From an uncultured Coraliomargarita sp. (GTDB taxonomy: Bacteria > Verrucomicrobiota > Verrucomicrobiia > Opitutales > Coraliomargaritaceae), in the NCBI GenBank assembly GCA_964474105.1, contig CAYYSE010000002.1, positions 2,032-66,031 on the forward strand: a stretch of 64,000 bases of DNA. Reading direction: 5' to 3'. The notes under the pieces are model-generated. The model did no database searches. It was not told the origin of the DNA and worked only from the letters and a program-made list of their open reading frames with translations. Position numbers and translations under genes: made by a program. Below are positions 10,499 to 20,504 of this stretch, one piece after another. Position 1 is the first letter of the stretch, and each line of letters begins with the position of its first letter.

Positions 10499-11614
10499 TT
10501 GTGTGGTTTTATGCAGCGAATTCTTTTACGTGGGATGCCGGCGACTTATCATGCGATGAGTCGGGTGGTGGGTGGTCAGCGTTTGTTGGGTGAGCGGGAG
10601 CAGGAGGTTTTCCGCAAGATGATCTGGCAGGTGGCGGATTTCTGTGGGGTGGAGATTTTGACCTACTGTGTGATGTCGAACCATTTTCATGTGCTGGTGC
10701 GGGTGCCGGAGCAGCAAGCAGTATCGGATGCGGAATTGCTGCGGCGCTTCAAGGTGCTGTATCCGAAGCCGACGAAGTATCAGACGGTGGAGTTTGCGCG
10801 GCTGGAAAAAGCGCTGGGTGAGGGTAATGCCGATGCGGCGGCGATCCGTGAGCGGCTGCTGGCCCGGATGCATGATCTGTCGGCTTTCATGAAGACCCTG
10901 AAACAACGCTTCTCGATCTGGTATAACCGCAACCATGACAACCGCCGGGGCACACTATGGATGGATCGCTTCAAGAGTGTGCTGGTGGAGGGCAAGGGCA
11001 ACCCGTTGCAAACGATGGCGGCTTATATTGACCTGAATCCGGTGCGGGCAGGCTTGGTGAAGGATCCGAAGGATTATCGTTTTTGTGGTTATGCCGAGGC
11101 GGTGGCGCAGTCCGCCTTTGGCAAGCGCTCCGCGCCGGTCGATGCCGCCTCAGACCAGGACCTGCGGTCTCATCGACTCGCTCCGGTAAGGGAGGCGCAG
11201 TCTAAAGCGGTAAAGCAGCGGGCACTTTGGGGCTTATGCCATATTTGGAGTGCTTATGCGCATGGGGAGAAGCGTGAAAATTTTTCTCCGGAGAGGGCAC
11301 TGCAGTCGCACCGGGAGTTAATTTTTGGTAAGTTTGCCGCTGAGGCGGGCCTTGCACCAAGCGACCGCGCGCGGGCACTAAGAGTGCTGGAGCAAGAGGA
11401 TGCGCGCTTGCCGCCAGCCACCGTGCTGCGTTGCCGGGTGCGTTATTTTACGGATGGGTTGATTCTCGGCTCAGAGGAATACGTGCGGTGCTGGGCGACC
11501 CGATGGCAGACGGCCCGCCAGTTGAAACATCCACCGAAGATTTGTGCCGCGCGGGGTGGGGATTGGGGCGATCTTGCGGTGGCATCCCGCCTGCGCCGGG
11601 CGGTGTTTGGATGA
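10499..11614 (+). CDS. REP-associated tyrosine (Y1/HUH) transposase, RAYT/TnpA-REP-like, long form
   Basis: YHAMSR, HUH motif YCVMSNHFHVLV, RGTLWMDRFKSVLVE, catalytic-Tyr region AYIDLNPVRAGLV and DYRFCGY. The start may instead be ATG 10511. Confidence 0.88.
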   Translation: MCGFMQRILLRGMPATYHAMSRVVGGQRLLGEREQEVFRKMIWQVADFCGVEILTYCVMSNHFHVLVRVPEQQAVSDAELLRRFKVLYPKPTKYQTVEFARLEKALGEGNADAAAIRERLLARMHDLSAFMKTLKQRFSIWYNRNHDNRRGTLWMDRFKSVLVEGKGNPLQTMAAYIDLNPVRAGLVKDPKDYRFCGYAEAVAQSAFGKRSAPVDAASDQDLRSHRLAPVREAQSKAVKQRALWGLCHIWSAYAHGEKRENFSPERALQSHRELIFGKFAAEAGLAPSDRARALRVLEQEDARLPPATVLRCRVRYFTDGLILGSEEYVRCWATRWQTARQLKHPPKICAARGGDWGDLAVASRLRRAVFG

Positions 11615-11815
11615 ACCTGTTTATACACGCAAGCAGGGGCGTGTTGTGCTGTGGCGGCTTACAACGCAAAAAATTCAACGGATTGATAGAATCGGCCTTT
11701 TCTGTGCTTTGACACTTCACAGAAACGATAAAAGCACTATTGCTCAACATTCCCTCATCCAGCAGACTCATTCACTTGAGCAATTCAACGAATTTTCATT
11801 CCAGCTAAAACCGAT

Positions 11816-14344
11816 ATGACCACGAACGCTAAAAAAAAGACTTTGGCCCAGAAAAAGGCGGCAGCCGACCAGACCGCGGTTGAGCGCACGGTGCGCTTTC
11901 AACTCGGTATGGACAAGGAGACGATGAAGTCTTCGATTCTCAACCATCTCCACTACACGCTGGCGCGTCATGCGGAGAGTGCAACCCGGGACGAATGGTG
12001 GATTGCGACCTGTCTGGCCGTGCGCGACCGCATTCTGGACCGCTTCATGGAGACGCAGCGGGTGCATCACGAACAGAAAGTGCGGCGCGCCTACTACCTG
12101 AGTCTGGAGTATTTAATGGGGCGGCTGCTGGTGAATAATGTGCACAATGCCGGGCTGTTTCAGCCGATTCAGGAAGCACTGCAGGAACTGGGGCAGAACT
12201 TTGATGAGATCGCCGACGAAGAGTTGGATATGGGTCTCGGCAACGGGGGCCTGGGACGGCTGGCCGCCTGTTTTCTGGACTCTCTGGCCACGCTGGATCT
12301 GCCGGCTATTGGTTACGGGATTCACTATGAGTTTGGTCTTTTCCGGCAGGAGTTTAAGCATGGCTTCCAGATGGAGTATCCCGATGCCTGGATGGAAAAA
12401 GGCTGTCCCTGGGAAATCATGCGCCCCAACGATGCCCAAGCGATCAAGCTATATGGCCGGGTCGAGCACCGCATGGATGATAAAGGCCAGTTTCATCCCG
12501 AGTGGGTGGATTATACTACACTCGAAGGCATGCCCTTCGATGTTGCCATTGTGGGCCACGGGGCCGGGACGGTCAATTTCCTCCGGCTATGGGAGTCCCG
12601 CGCGTCGCAGGAGTTCAACTTTGATGTTTTCAACGATGGCGGCTACGTCGAAGCCGTCCGGGAAAAAGCGATGGGGGAGACCATCTCCAAGGTGCTCTAT
12701 CCCAACGATAATACAGAGAGCGGTAAAGAGCTGCGCCTGGCGCAGCAATACTTCTTTGTCAGCTGTTCGCTGCAGGACATCATCCGCCGCTTCTTTGATG
12801 CGCACACCAGTTGGGACGACTTTGACAAATTCAACAGCATTCAGTTGAACGATACCCATCCGGCGGTGGCCGTGCCCGAGTTGATGCGTCTGCTGGTGGA
12901 TGAGCACCGGATGGACTGGGAAAAAGCCTGGGGGATTGTGCGCAAGACCTTCAACTACACCAACCACACCCTGCTGCCCGAAGCGCTGGAGAAGTGGAGT
13001 GTGCCGCTTTTTGAGCGGATACTGCCGCGTCACCTAGAAATCATTTTTGAAATCAATGCCCGTTATTTGGAGCACGAGGTTGAAACCATGTGGCCCGGAG
13101 ACGACCGAATGAAGGCCGAGCTTTCCATTATCGAAGAGGGTGAGCCCAAGATGATCCGCATGGCCTATCTCTCGGTGGTGGCCTCCGGCAAGGTCAACGG
13201 AGTGGCCGCGCTCCACACCGAACTGCTGAAGAAGCATCTCTTTGCCAATTTCCACGCGCTCTATCCGGACAAGATTATCAACATGACCAACGGGATTACT
13301 CCGCGCCGCTGGTTGTTGGCCTGCAATCCAGGCCTCAGTGAGCTCATCTCAAAGCACGTGGACCGCGACTGGCCCAAAAACCTGAACAAGCTCCAAAAAA
13401 TCGCCGGGTTCGCAGACGACGCAGCCTTCCAGCAGGAATTCATGGCGATCAAGCGTGCCAACAAGGTGGCCTTTGCGGACTTTGTCCTCGCAACCTGCGG
13501 GGTCGAGATCAGCCCGGACGCGCTCTTCGACGTGCAAATCAAACGCCTGCATGAATATAAACGCCAACACCTCAATCTGCTGCACATTCTGACGCTTTAC
13601 CGGCGCCTGCTCAACGATGCGGACTACGACATGGTGCCTCGCGTCTTTATTTTCGGGGCCAAGGCCGCGCCCGGCTATGCCCTGGCCAAAAACATTATCC
13701 GCGCCATCAACAAGGTCGCTGAAAAGGTAAACCATGACCCGCGGGTCAACGGCAAGCTCAAGGTCGTCTTCCCCGAAAACTACCGCGTGACCATGGCGGA
13801 AAGGATGATCCCCGCCGCCGACCTCTCCGAGCAGATTTCCACGGCAGGTAAGGAGGCCTCCGGCACCGGCAATATGAAACTCGCGCTCAATGGTGCCCTC
13901 ACCATCGGCACGCTCGACGGGGCCAACGTCGAAATCCAGGAGGAAGTGGGCGCAGAGAACATCTTCATTTTCGGCAAGACCGTTGAAGAAGTCGAAGCCA
14001 CCCGTGCCCAGGGCTACAAGCCCTATGACTATTACAACAGCAACTGGGAGCTGAAATCGGTTATCGACTGGCTGCAGTCCGACTACTTCACGCCCGGCGA
14101 GCAGGGAGCTTTCGCACCGCTGACCAACAGCCTGCTACTGGGCGGCGACCCGTATCTGGTGCTGGCCGACTACGCCGACTACATTCGCGTGCAGGGAGAA
14201 GTGGACAAAGCGTTCCGCGACAAGCAACGCTGGGCCCGCATGGCGATTCTCAATACGGCACGGGTAGGCAAGTTCTCCTCCGACCGTACCATCAGCCAAT
14301 ACGCAGCGCAGATTTGGAAGCTCGATCCGGTCGAGGTAGGCTAG
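11816..14344 (+). CDS. glgP: Glycogen/starch/alpha-glucan phosphorylase
   Basis: [32 protein letters not shown] and the PLP-lysine motif EASGTGNMK. Confidence 0.97.
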   Translation: MTTNAKKKTLAQKKAAADQTAVERTVRFQLGMDKETMKSSILNHLHYTLARHAESATRDEWWIATCLAVRDRILDRFMETQRVHHEQKVRRAYYLSLEYLMGRLLVNNVHNAGLFQPIQEALQELGQNFDEIADEELDMGLGNGGLGRLAACFLDSLATLDLPAIGYGIHYEFGLFRQEFKHGFQMEYPDAWMEKGCPWEIMRPNDAQAIKLYGRVEHRMDDKGQFHPEWVDYTTLEGMPFDVAIVGHGAGTVNFLRLWESRASQEFNFDVFNDGGYVEAVREKAMGETISKVLYPNDNTESGKELRLAQQYFFVSCSLQDIIRRFFDAHTSWDDFDKFNSIQLNDTHPAVAVPELMRLLVDEHRMDWEKAWGIVRKTFNYTNHTLLPEALEKWSVPLFERILPRHLEIIFEINARYLEHEVETMWPGDDRMKAELSIIEEGEPKMIRMAYLSVVASGKVNGVAALHTELLKKHLFANFHALYPDKIINMTNGITPRRWLLACNPGLSELISKHVDRDWPKNLNKLQKIAGFADDAAFQQEFMAIKRANKVAFADFVLATCGVEISPDALFDVQIKRLHEYKRQHLNLLHILTLYRRLLNDADYDMVPRVFIFGAKAAPGYALAKNIIRAINKVAEKVNHDPRVNGKLKVVFPENYRVTMAERMIPAADLSEQISTAGKEASGTGNMKLALNGALTIGTLDGANVEIQEEVGAENIFIFGKTVEEVEATRAQGYKPYDYYNSNWELKSVIDWLQSDYFTPGEQGAFAPLTNSLLLGGDPYLVLADYADYIRVQGEVDKAFRDKQRWARMAILNTARVGKFSSDRTISQYAAQIWKLDPVEVG

Positions 14345-15708
14345 TGCTCAACACCTGTCAGCAGCAATTCGCCCATCAGGGTGCTGGCGGTGGCGCTCTG
14401 AATCTGCACGTGCACCAGCTCGCCAACAAGACGTTGGCTGGCGGGCACGATGACTTTGCGGTGGCCACGGGTGCGGCCCATGAACATACCGTCACCGCGT
14501 TTGGCCGGCCCCTCCAGCAGGACTTCCTCGACCTGGCCCACCAGCGACTGGTTGCGGGTGAGTGAGCTGCGCCCCAGGATTTCGAGCAGAACCTGGTTCC
14601 GGTGCTCCTTAACCCCGGTTGCAACAGGATCGCCCAGCGGCTCGGCGCTGGTGCCCGGCCGGACACTGTATTTAAAAAGATAGGCCATATCAAAACCGAT
14701 CTCTTCGAAGTGCCGCCGGGTGAGTTCGAAGTCCTCGTCGGTTTCCCCGGGGAAGCCGACGATCACGTCGGTTGAAATGTAAATATCCGGCCGGATCTTA
14801 CGCAACTGATCAATGATGTTGCGGAATTTCTCAATGGTGTAGGGGCGGCGCATGGCCTTCAGGATGCGATTGCTGCCGCTCTGCATGGGGAAGTGCAGGT
14901 ATTCGCAGAGTTTGGGCAGGCGCGCGTAGCAGTCGATCAGATCCTGACGAAAGCCGACCGGGTGAGGGCTGGTGAAGCGGATCCGCTCGATGCCTTCAAT
15001 CTCATTGATCTGTTCCAGCAGCTGAACGAAGGGACTCTTCTGATCGACAAAGGGGAATTCGCGCACGCCGTATTGATTGACGATCTGGCCCAGCAGCGTG
15101 ACCTCGCGCGTGCCCTTGGCGGCCAGTTCACGCACTTCCTCGATGATGGATGCCAGCGGGCGTCCGCGTTCCTGGCCACGGGTTTTGGGAACGATGCAAT
15201 AGGAGCACTTCATGTTACAGCCCTGCATGATGCTGACAAAAGCCGCGACCTGACGCTGGTCTTCGACGTGGGAGCGAATGGTATTTTGCGAACCAGCCTC
15301 CTCCTCCAGGTCCACAATCGTCTGCGGGCGCGGACCCTGGCCCTGCATGCTGGCGATCATGGCATCCAGGTGCTCCGGCACGCGGTGAAATTTCTGGGTA
15401 CCGACGACCAGATCGAGATCCGGCAGGCGATCGACCAGTTCATTGCCCCGGTTTTGGGCCATACAGCCCATAATGCCCACGATCAGGTTTGGATTCTTCT
15501 TTTTATTGCGGGTGGTCAAATGCCCGGCCTTGCCGATGGCCTTTTGTTCCGCCTGGTCACGCACGGAGCAGGTGTTGAGTAGAATCACATCAGCGTCCAG
15601 TTCATGGCCGACGATGGAGTAACCCTTGTCGCGCAGCATAGCGGCAACGGCTTCGGAGTCCCGTTCGTTCATTTGGCACCCGTACGTCTTGATGTAAACC
15701 CGGTTCAT
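14341..15708 (-). CDS. miaB: tRNA-2-methylthio-N6-dimethylallyladenosine synthase (radical SAM methylthiotransferase)
   Basis: [26 protein letters not shown], radical SAM motif [20 protein letters not shown] and a C-terminal TRAM domain. Confidence 0.95.
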   Translation of the reverse strand: MNRVYIKTYGCQMNERDSEAVAAMLRDKGYSIVGHELDADVILLNTCSVRDQAEQKAIGKAGHLTTRNKKKNPNLIVGIMGCMAQNRGNELVDRLPDLDLVVGTQKFHRVPEHLDAMIASMQGQGPRPQTIVDLEEEAGSQNTIRSHVEDQRQVAAFVSIMQGCNMKCSYCIVPKTRGQERGRPLASIIEEVRELAAKGTREVTLLGQIVNQYGVREFPFVDQKSPFVQLLEQINEIEGIERIRFTSPHPVGFRQDLIDCYARLPKLCEYLHFPMQSGSNRILKAMRRPYTIEKFRNIIDQLRKIRPDIYISTDVIVGFPGETDEDFELTRRHFEEIGFDMAYLFKYSVRPGTSAEPLGDPVATGVKEHRNQVLLEILGRSSLTRNQSLVGQVEEVLLEGPAKRGDGMFMGRTRGHRKVIVPASQRLVGELVHVQIQSATASTLMGELLLTGVEH

Positions 15709-15778
15709 GGAGGGGGTGCAGGATGCTACTTTAGCGGCGGGTGTAAATGTCGAAAATAAAAAGCCCTGGCCGGCGGGT

Positions 15779-15969
15779 GCAATTTTAATTACCGGATAAG
15801 CTTTATTTCATGCGGGTAGCGCGATCGCGTCCCGCGGCGCATGTTGCGCTTTGGCCTGGTTGACGCCCGGGCAAGTCTGGCAGGGCACCGGGCACTGCGG
15901 GCCTTCCTGCGGTGCGGGGACGCACCTGCGCTACCCTCTTTCCGCAAGTTAATCCGCACTTAAAATGGT
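15779..15969. mobile_element. REP-doublet (REPIN/MITE-like) element, copy 1, with outer inverted arms
   Basis: Left arm GCAATTTTAATTACCGGATAAGCTTTATT (15779-15807). REP GGGTAGCGCGATCGCGTCCCGCGGCGCA (15814-15841). 15906-15935 is the exact 30-bp reverse complement of 29874-29903. The right arm contains CCGCACTTAAAAT (15954-15966). Confidence 0.8.
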
Positions 15970-16124
15970 AGCCCATTGGGCAAACAGCTTCCGCAGACTA
16001 CGGATTGACGCCGGGAGTGGAATTGGTTGAGGATAGCAGGATGGAACAGATTATAGAGCTGCGCTTTTGAACGGAATCGCGGAGACCTGACACATCAATT
16101 AAAAAACAAGACCTAATCCCAAGT

Positions 16125-17210
16125 ATGAAAAAAGTATTTATATCCGGTTGCTATGACATCCTGCACGGGGGGCATATTCAGTTCTTTAAGGAAGCCCGCG
16201 CGTTAGGGGATCATTTAACCGTCTGTTTTGCCTCGGACAAGGTGTTGTGGGAGCACAAGAAGCGCCGCACCTCGCTTCCGCAGGACCACAAGCTGGCGCT
16301 GATGACTGCGCTGGATATGGTGGACCAGGTGGTGATTGGCGACTGCGCTGAGTTGGGCCTGGATTTCAAAGATCATTTTCTGAAGATCCGCCCGGACATT
16401 CTGGCCGTGACCGAGGATGACCAGTATGAAGGGCAGAAACGTGACTTGTGCGCACAAGTGGGTGCTGAATACGTCAAGTTGCCCAAGACGCCCCCGCAAT
16501 TTACCCCGGTATCGACCACCTCTATCGTGCGCAACATCCGCACGCCCACTTTTGCTCCGCTGCGGGTGGACTTCGGCGGCGGCTGGCTGGATGTGCCCCG
16601 GTATGCGCGTGAGGGCGCCTACATTGTGAACTGTGCGATTTCCCCGCTGGTGTCGCTCTCAAATTGGAATTATGAGCAAAAGTCCGGATTGGGTGGCAGT
16701 GGTGCCTGGGCCTTGTTGAACGGCAACGACGGGATTGAGAGCGAACTCGCGCTGGGTGTCGGCTGGCAGGATCCGGCGATTATTCGCGAGACGGGCCTGT
16801 GCGTGTGGCGCAGCGGGGACAAGCCGGTGCTCCACTTCAAGCGCAACGGGGATTTTCTGCGCGGGCACATGGCGCTGCACTACACGGATATTCCGCATGA
16901 TACGCCGGGCAATGCGGATAACCTGCGCGACTACGATCTGGTGGAGCGCGCCGGGCGACTGGCAAAAGAAGCCGTGTTTGAAGCCTCATTGTCCAAACTC
17001 GGTGCGGCGGTGCAACTCAGCTATGAGATGCAACTCAAGGAGGGCATGTCCGCGCTGCCGGATGCGCCCGGCTGCATTGGACGCAAATACGCCGGCGGCG
17101 GCTGGGGTGGCTATGCGCTCTATCTGTTCGAGAACACGGAGGACCGGGATGCCTTTGTTTGCTCCGCGAGCAACAACCGGCCGATTGAGCCCTACATCAC
17201 GATTCGCTAG
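16125..17210 (+). CDS. Fusion of an HxGH cytidylyl/adenylyltransferase domain and an HddA-like GHMP sugar-kinase domain
   Basis: N-terminal GCYDILHGGHIQFFKEARALGDHL. C-terminal APLRVDFGGGWLD, SGLGGSGA and KYAGGGWGGY correspond to GHMP motifs I-III. Confidence 0.7.
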   Translation: MKKVFISGCYDILHGGHIQFFKEARALGDHLTVCFASDKVLWEHKKRRTSLPQDHKLALMTALDMVDQVVIGDCAELGLDFKDHFLKIRPDILAVTEDDQYEGQKRDLCAQVGAEYVKLPKTPPQFTPVSTTSIVRNIRTPTFAPLRVDFGGGWLDVPRYAREGAYIVNCAISPLVSLSNWNYEQKSGLGGSGAWALLNGNDGIESELALGVGWQDPAIIRETGLCVWRSGDKPVLHFKRNGDFLRGHMALHYTDIPHDTPGNADNLRDYDLVERAGRLAKEAVFEASLSKLGAAVQLSYEMQLKEGMSALPDAPGCIGRKYAGGGWGGYALYLFENTEDRDAFVCSASNNRPIEPYITIR

Positions 17211-17318
17211 CCGTCCGCTTTTATCCTTTACCGGGGCATGGATGCGCCCAATTTATAGTTAATGACGGGGGTGCCGCGCATCGGATCCCTGTCCTCCGAC
17301 TTCTGACTGCTGTTACAA

Positions 17319-18500
17319 ATGAGCCTGATCGAAACAATCCGCACCAATACCGAAACGATTATCGGCGAGGCCGAACTGGAAGACCGCATGCACGGCAACC
17401 GCCCGCTGCGCGTCAAACTCGGGGTCGATCCCACCCGCCCGGACCTCACCTTCGGGCATCTGGTGGTGTTTAACAAACTGCGCCAGTTTCAGGATCTCGG
17501 GCATGAAGCCATCCTGATCATCGGCGATTTCACGACGCTTATCGGCGATCCCTCCGGGCGCTCCAATACCCGTCCCGCCTTGACGAAAGAAGAGATCGTC
17601 GAGAATGCCGAAACCTACCTGGAGCAAGCCTTCATGGTGCTGGACGAACACAAGACCACCGTCCGCTACAATAGTGAATGGTTTAACCAGATGGGCTTCG
17701 AAGACTGCCTCAAGCTGGCGCGCAAGATGACGGTGGCCCGCATGCTGGAGCGCGATGATTTCGCCAAACGCTATGCCGGTAATGCGCCGATTTCGATCAT
17801 CGAATTTCTTTACCCATTGATCCAGGGCTACGACTCACTGGTCTTGAATGCCGATGTTGAGATCGGCGGCACCGACCAGCTCTTCAACATGCTGGTGGGC
17901 CGTGCCCTGCAAAAAGATGCCGGCAAGCTAGAGCAGGCGGTGATCACCATGCCGCTGCTGGTGGGTCTGGACGGAGTGAAAAAGATGTCGAAGAGCGCGG
18001 ACAACTACATCGCGTTCACCGACAACGCCAAGGAGATGTTTGGTAAAATCATGTCGATCAGCGACGAGACCATGTGGGACTATTACCGGCTGCTGTTGGA
18101 ATTCGACAAAAAGCCTATTGAAAAACTGCAGGCAGGCCACCCGATGGAGGCCAAGAAACATCTGGCCACCTCGCTGGTTGGGCAGTTCCACTCGATGGGC
18201 GAGGCCCGCTATGAACTGGAGCAATTCGAGCAGGTTTTTTCCCAGCACAAGCTGCCGGATGACATGCCGGTATTTACCTGGTATGATTTGTTGGGCGATG
18301 CCGCGAGTGCCCCGCTGTTTGAGATTATGGCCCAGACCGAGCTATTTGAAAGCAAGGGAGCCATCCGGCGGCTGGTGCAGCAGGGCGGGGTAAAAGTGGA
18401 CGGGGAAAAGCAGCTGGATCCCAACCGCGAAATGACTCCGCCCCAGGGCGACCAGATTTTCCAGGCCGGCAAGCGGATCTTTTTCAAGATTGCGGTTTAG
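17319..18500 (+). CDS. tyrS: Tyrosine--tRNA ligase
   Basis: KLGVDPTRPDLTFGH, IGDFT..IGDPSGR, YPLIQGYDS, GGTDQLFN, KMSKS and a C-terminal S4 domain. Confidence 0.96.
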   Translation: MSLIETIRTNTETIIGEAELEDRMHGNRPLRVKLGVDPTRPDLTFGHLVVFNKLRQFQDLGHEAILIIGDFTTLIGDPSGRSNTRPALTKEEIVENAETYLEQAFMVLDEHKTTVRYNSEWFNQMGFEDCLKLARKMTVARMLERDDFAKRYAGNAPISIIEFLYPLIQGYDSLVLNADVEIGGTDQLFNMLVGRALQKDAGKLEQAVITMPLLVGLDGVKKMSKSADNYIAFTDNAKEMFGKIMSISDETMWDYYRLLLEFDKKPIEKLQAGHPMEAKKHLATSLVGQFHSMGEARYELEQFEQVFSQHKLPDDMPVFTWYDLLGDAASAPLFEIMAQTELFESKGAIRRLVQQGGVKVDGEKQLDPNREMTPPQGDQIFQAGKRIFFKIAV

Positions 18501-18564
18501 TTTGAAGCGGGTATTGCGAAGCGTATTGCTTTTCATGGACCCCTGCTACAGATTTCGATTCCCC

Positions 18565-20481
18565 ATGACTTTCCCTATTTTTCATAAAGCACGCGCGGTG
18601 CCGTGTTTTATCGGCGCAGTGTTGCTCTCGCTGCTGTGGCTGCCGACCGGCTGCCGGACTCTGGGATCCTCCAGCGAATACCCGGTACTGTTTTCGCCCG
18701 ACTCCGGCTCGCTGGGGCCGCACGAAGAAGAACTGCAAGCGGTGCTGCGCCTCATCCCGCGCGGGGAGTGGGAACAGGCGCGGGAGCAGATGGCGGCACT
18801 CTATGCCAAGGCCCCGCAAGATGCCTCGGTGGACCGCGTGTATAATTGGCTGGAAGTGGAGTATGAAAAGCAGCGCCAATACGCCCTGGAGCGGCAGATC
18901 GCGAACGCCGCCCCCGAGTCAGAGCGTTTCAATCCGACCTTGCAGAGCGTGGCGACCGACCCGAAGCGCAAGGACCTGCCGATATCGAGCACCACGCGCA
19001 AGGCTTTTGAAGATGCGAAGAATCAGTTGCTGGTGCCCGATTCATTCAATCGGACGATTATGCGCAAGGGGCAGTTGATCGATCACAAATCCGTGCCGGG
19101 GCGGATGGAAAGCCTGCTGGAGAGGCGGGTATCGCTGCAGTTGGACAAGGTCAGCCTGGAGACAATTATCTTCACACTCGGCCAGCAGGAGGGGCTGAAT
19201 TTTGTGGCGGACCGTTCGCTGCCGGCTTTCCAGCAAACACTCAGCGTGAATATCGAAGACGCGCCACTGCGGGAATTTCTGGACTATGTGACGCGCAACA
19301 TGAACGTGCGCTTTCAGGTCGGTGACGAAATTATCTGGATCGTAGACGGCAAGAGCGGGGTGGCGCAGGCAGAGGAAACCCGTTTCTACCGGCTGCGCAA
19401 GGGCTTCATTATGCCGGCCCAGTTCGGAGCCAGCGAGGTGGAACGGGTAACGGAGAAGAAGAAGGACGTGGTGACCGAGAAGCAAACCGAGAAGGTGTCG
19501 CAATTTGTCAACGACTCGACTGCGCGGGAGCCCTCGATCGAATTGGCCATCAGCCGTTTTTTTGCGGGCTCGGATTTTATGATTGATTACGAGCGCAACG
19601 TCATCGTGGCGCGGGGCACCCGCGAGCAGCTGGCCACCTTGGAGCGCATCATCGAAGAGTTCGACCGTCCGGTCCAGCAGGTGTTGATCGAGGCCCGCTT
19701 TATCACGGTCACCCAGGCGGCGTTTTTACAGCTGGGGGCGACCTGGGAGACGGGCCGCCCGGCGGTTGATGATCGGGTGCCACTGGACTTTACCGGTTTT
19801 GGCAACGAAGTGGGGCTGGGCCTACAGGAGACTTTTACCAATGTATTTTCCCGCGAGAATCTTTCGGTTACCTTGAATGCGCTGGAACAAAGTGGCGAGA
19901 GCGAGACGCTGAGCGCACCGCGGCTAACGGTGCTGAACAACCGCCCGGCGTTGATTACCGACGGCAAGACGCAGTATTACTATGAGGAATATACCGTCTC
20001 GCAAACCATCCTGGAGCGCACATCGAGCTCGACGCTCGTGCCCAAGGGGAAACCGACTAAAATCGTGTCGGGAGTTTCGCTGGAGGTGCTGGCCAGTATC
20101 GGCGGCGATGGTGAGAGCATTATGCTGGCACTGGCGCCCAAAGTAACCAGCGAAGTGGAGCTGGTCACATTTGCCGAAGTGCGCGACCGCAATGAAAGTG
20201 GGGAGTTGGTCAGCTCCTTCGACATCCGCCTGCCGGAATCGCGCAACCAGGAACTGGCCACCCGGGCAGTGGTGAAATCCGGCGAGACCGTCGTGATGGG
20301 CGGGGTGATGGAGCGCAACCGCAGCACCTTTGTCGAGTCGGTGCCGCTGCTGGGCAATCTGCCGGTGATCGGCGCGGCCTTCCGCAACCGTACGGAAGTG
20401 GACCAGCCGCGCTACCTGCTGGTATTTGTCACGGCAACCCTGCTATCCGACACGGGAGAATTTATCCGCACCCAGAATTAG
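18565..20481 (+). CDS. Lipoprotein secretin (PilQ/GspD family)
   Basis: Lipobox LPTGC, N0-like domain, QQVLIEARFITV, APRLTVLNN..A and GETVVMGG.....VESVPLLGNLPVIGAAFR. Start is uncertain (18535 or 18565). Confidence 0.85.
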   Translation: MTFPIFHKARAVPCFIGAVLLSLLWLPTGCRTLGSSSEYPVLFSPDSGSLGPHEEELQAVLRLIPRGEWEQAREQMAALYAKAPQDASVDRVYNWLEVEYEKQRQYALERQIANAAPESERFNPTLQSVATDPKRKDLPISSTTRKAFEDAKNQLLVPDSFNRTIMRKGQLIDHKSVPGRMESLLERRVSLQLDKVSLETIIFTLGQQEGLNFVADRSLPAFQQTLSVNIEDAPLREFLDYVTRNMNVRFQVGDEIIWIVDGKSGVAQAEETRFYRLRKGFIMPAQFGASEVERVTEKKKDVVTEKQTEKVSQFVNDSTAREPSIELAISRFFAGSDFMIDYERNVIVARGTREQLATLERIIEEFDRPVQQVLIEARFITVTQAAFLQLGATWETGRPAVDDRVPLDFTGFGNEVGLGLQETFTNVFSRENLSVTLNALEQSGESETLSAPRLTVLNNRPALITDGKTQYYYEEYTVSQTILERTSSSTLVPKGKPTKIVSGVSLEVLASIGGDGESIMLALAPKVTSEVELVTFAEVRDRNESGELVSSFDIRLPESRNQELATRAVVKSGETVVMGGVMERNRSTFVESVPLLGNLPVIGAAFRNRTEVDQPRYLLVFVTATLLSDTGEFIRTQN

Positions 20482-20504
20482 ACATGCCAGCTTACCGGAA
20501 CTAA

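Noticed and set aside
14341-14344. 4-bp overlap of the convergent glgP and miaB stops
   Set aside because: A common compact arrangement with no sign of special function.
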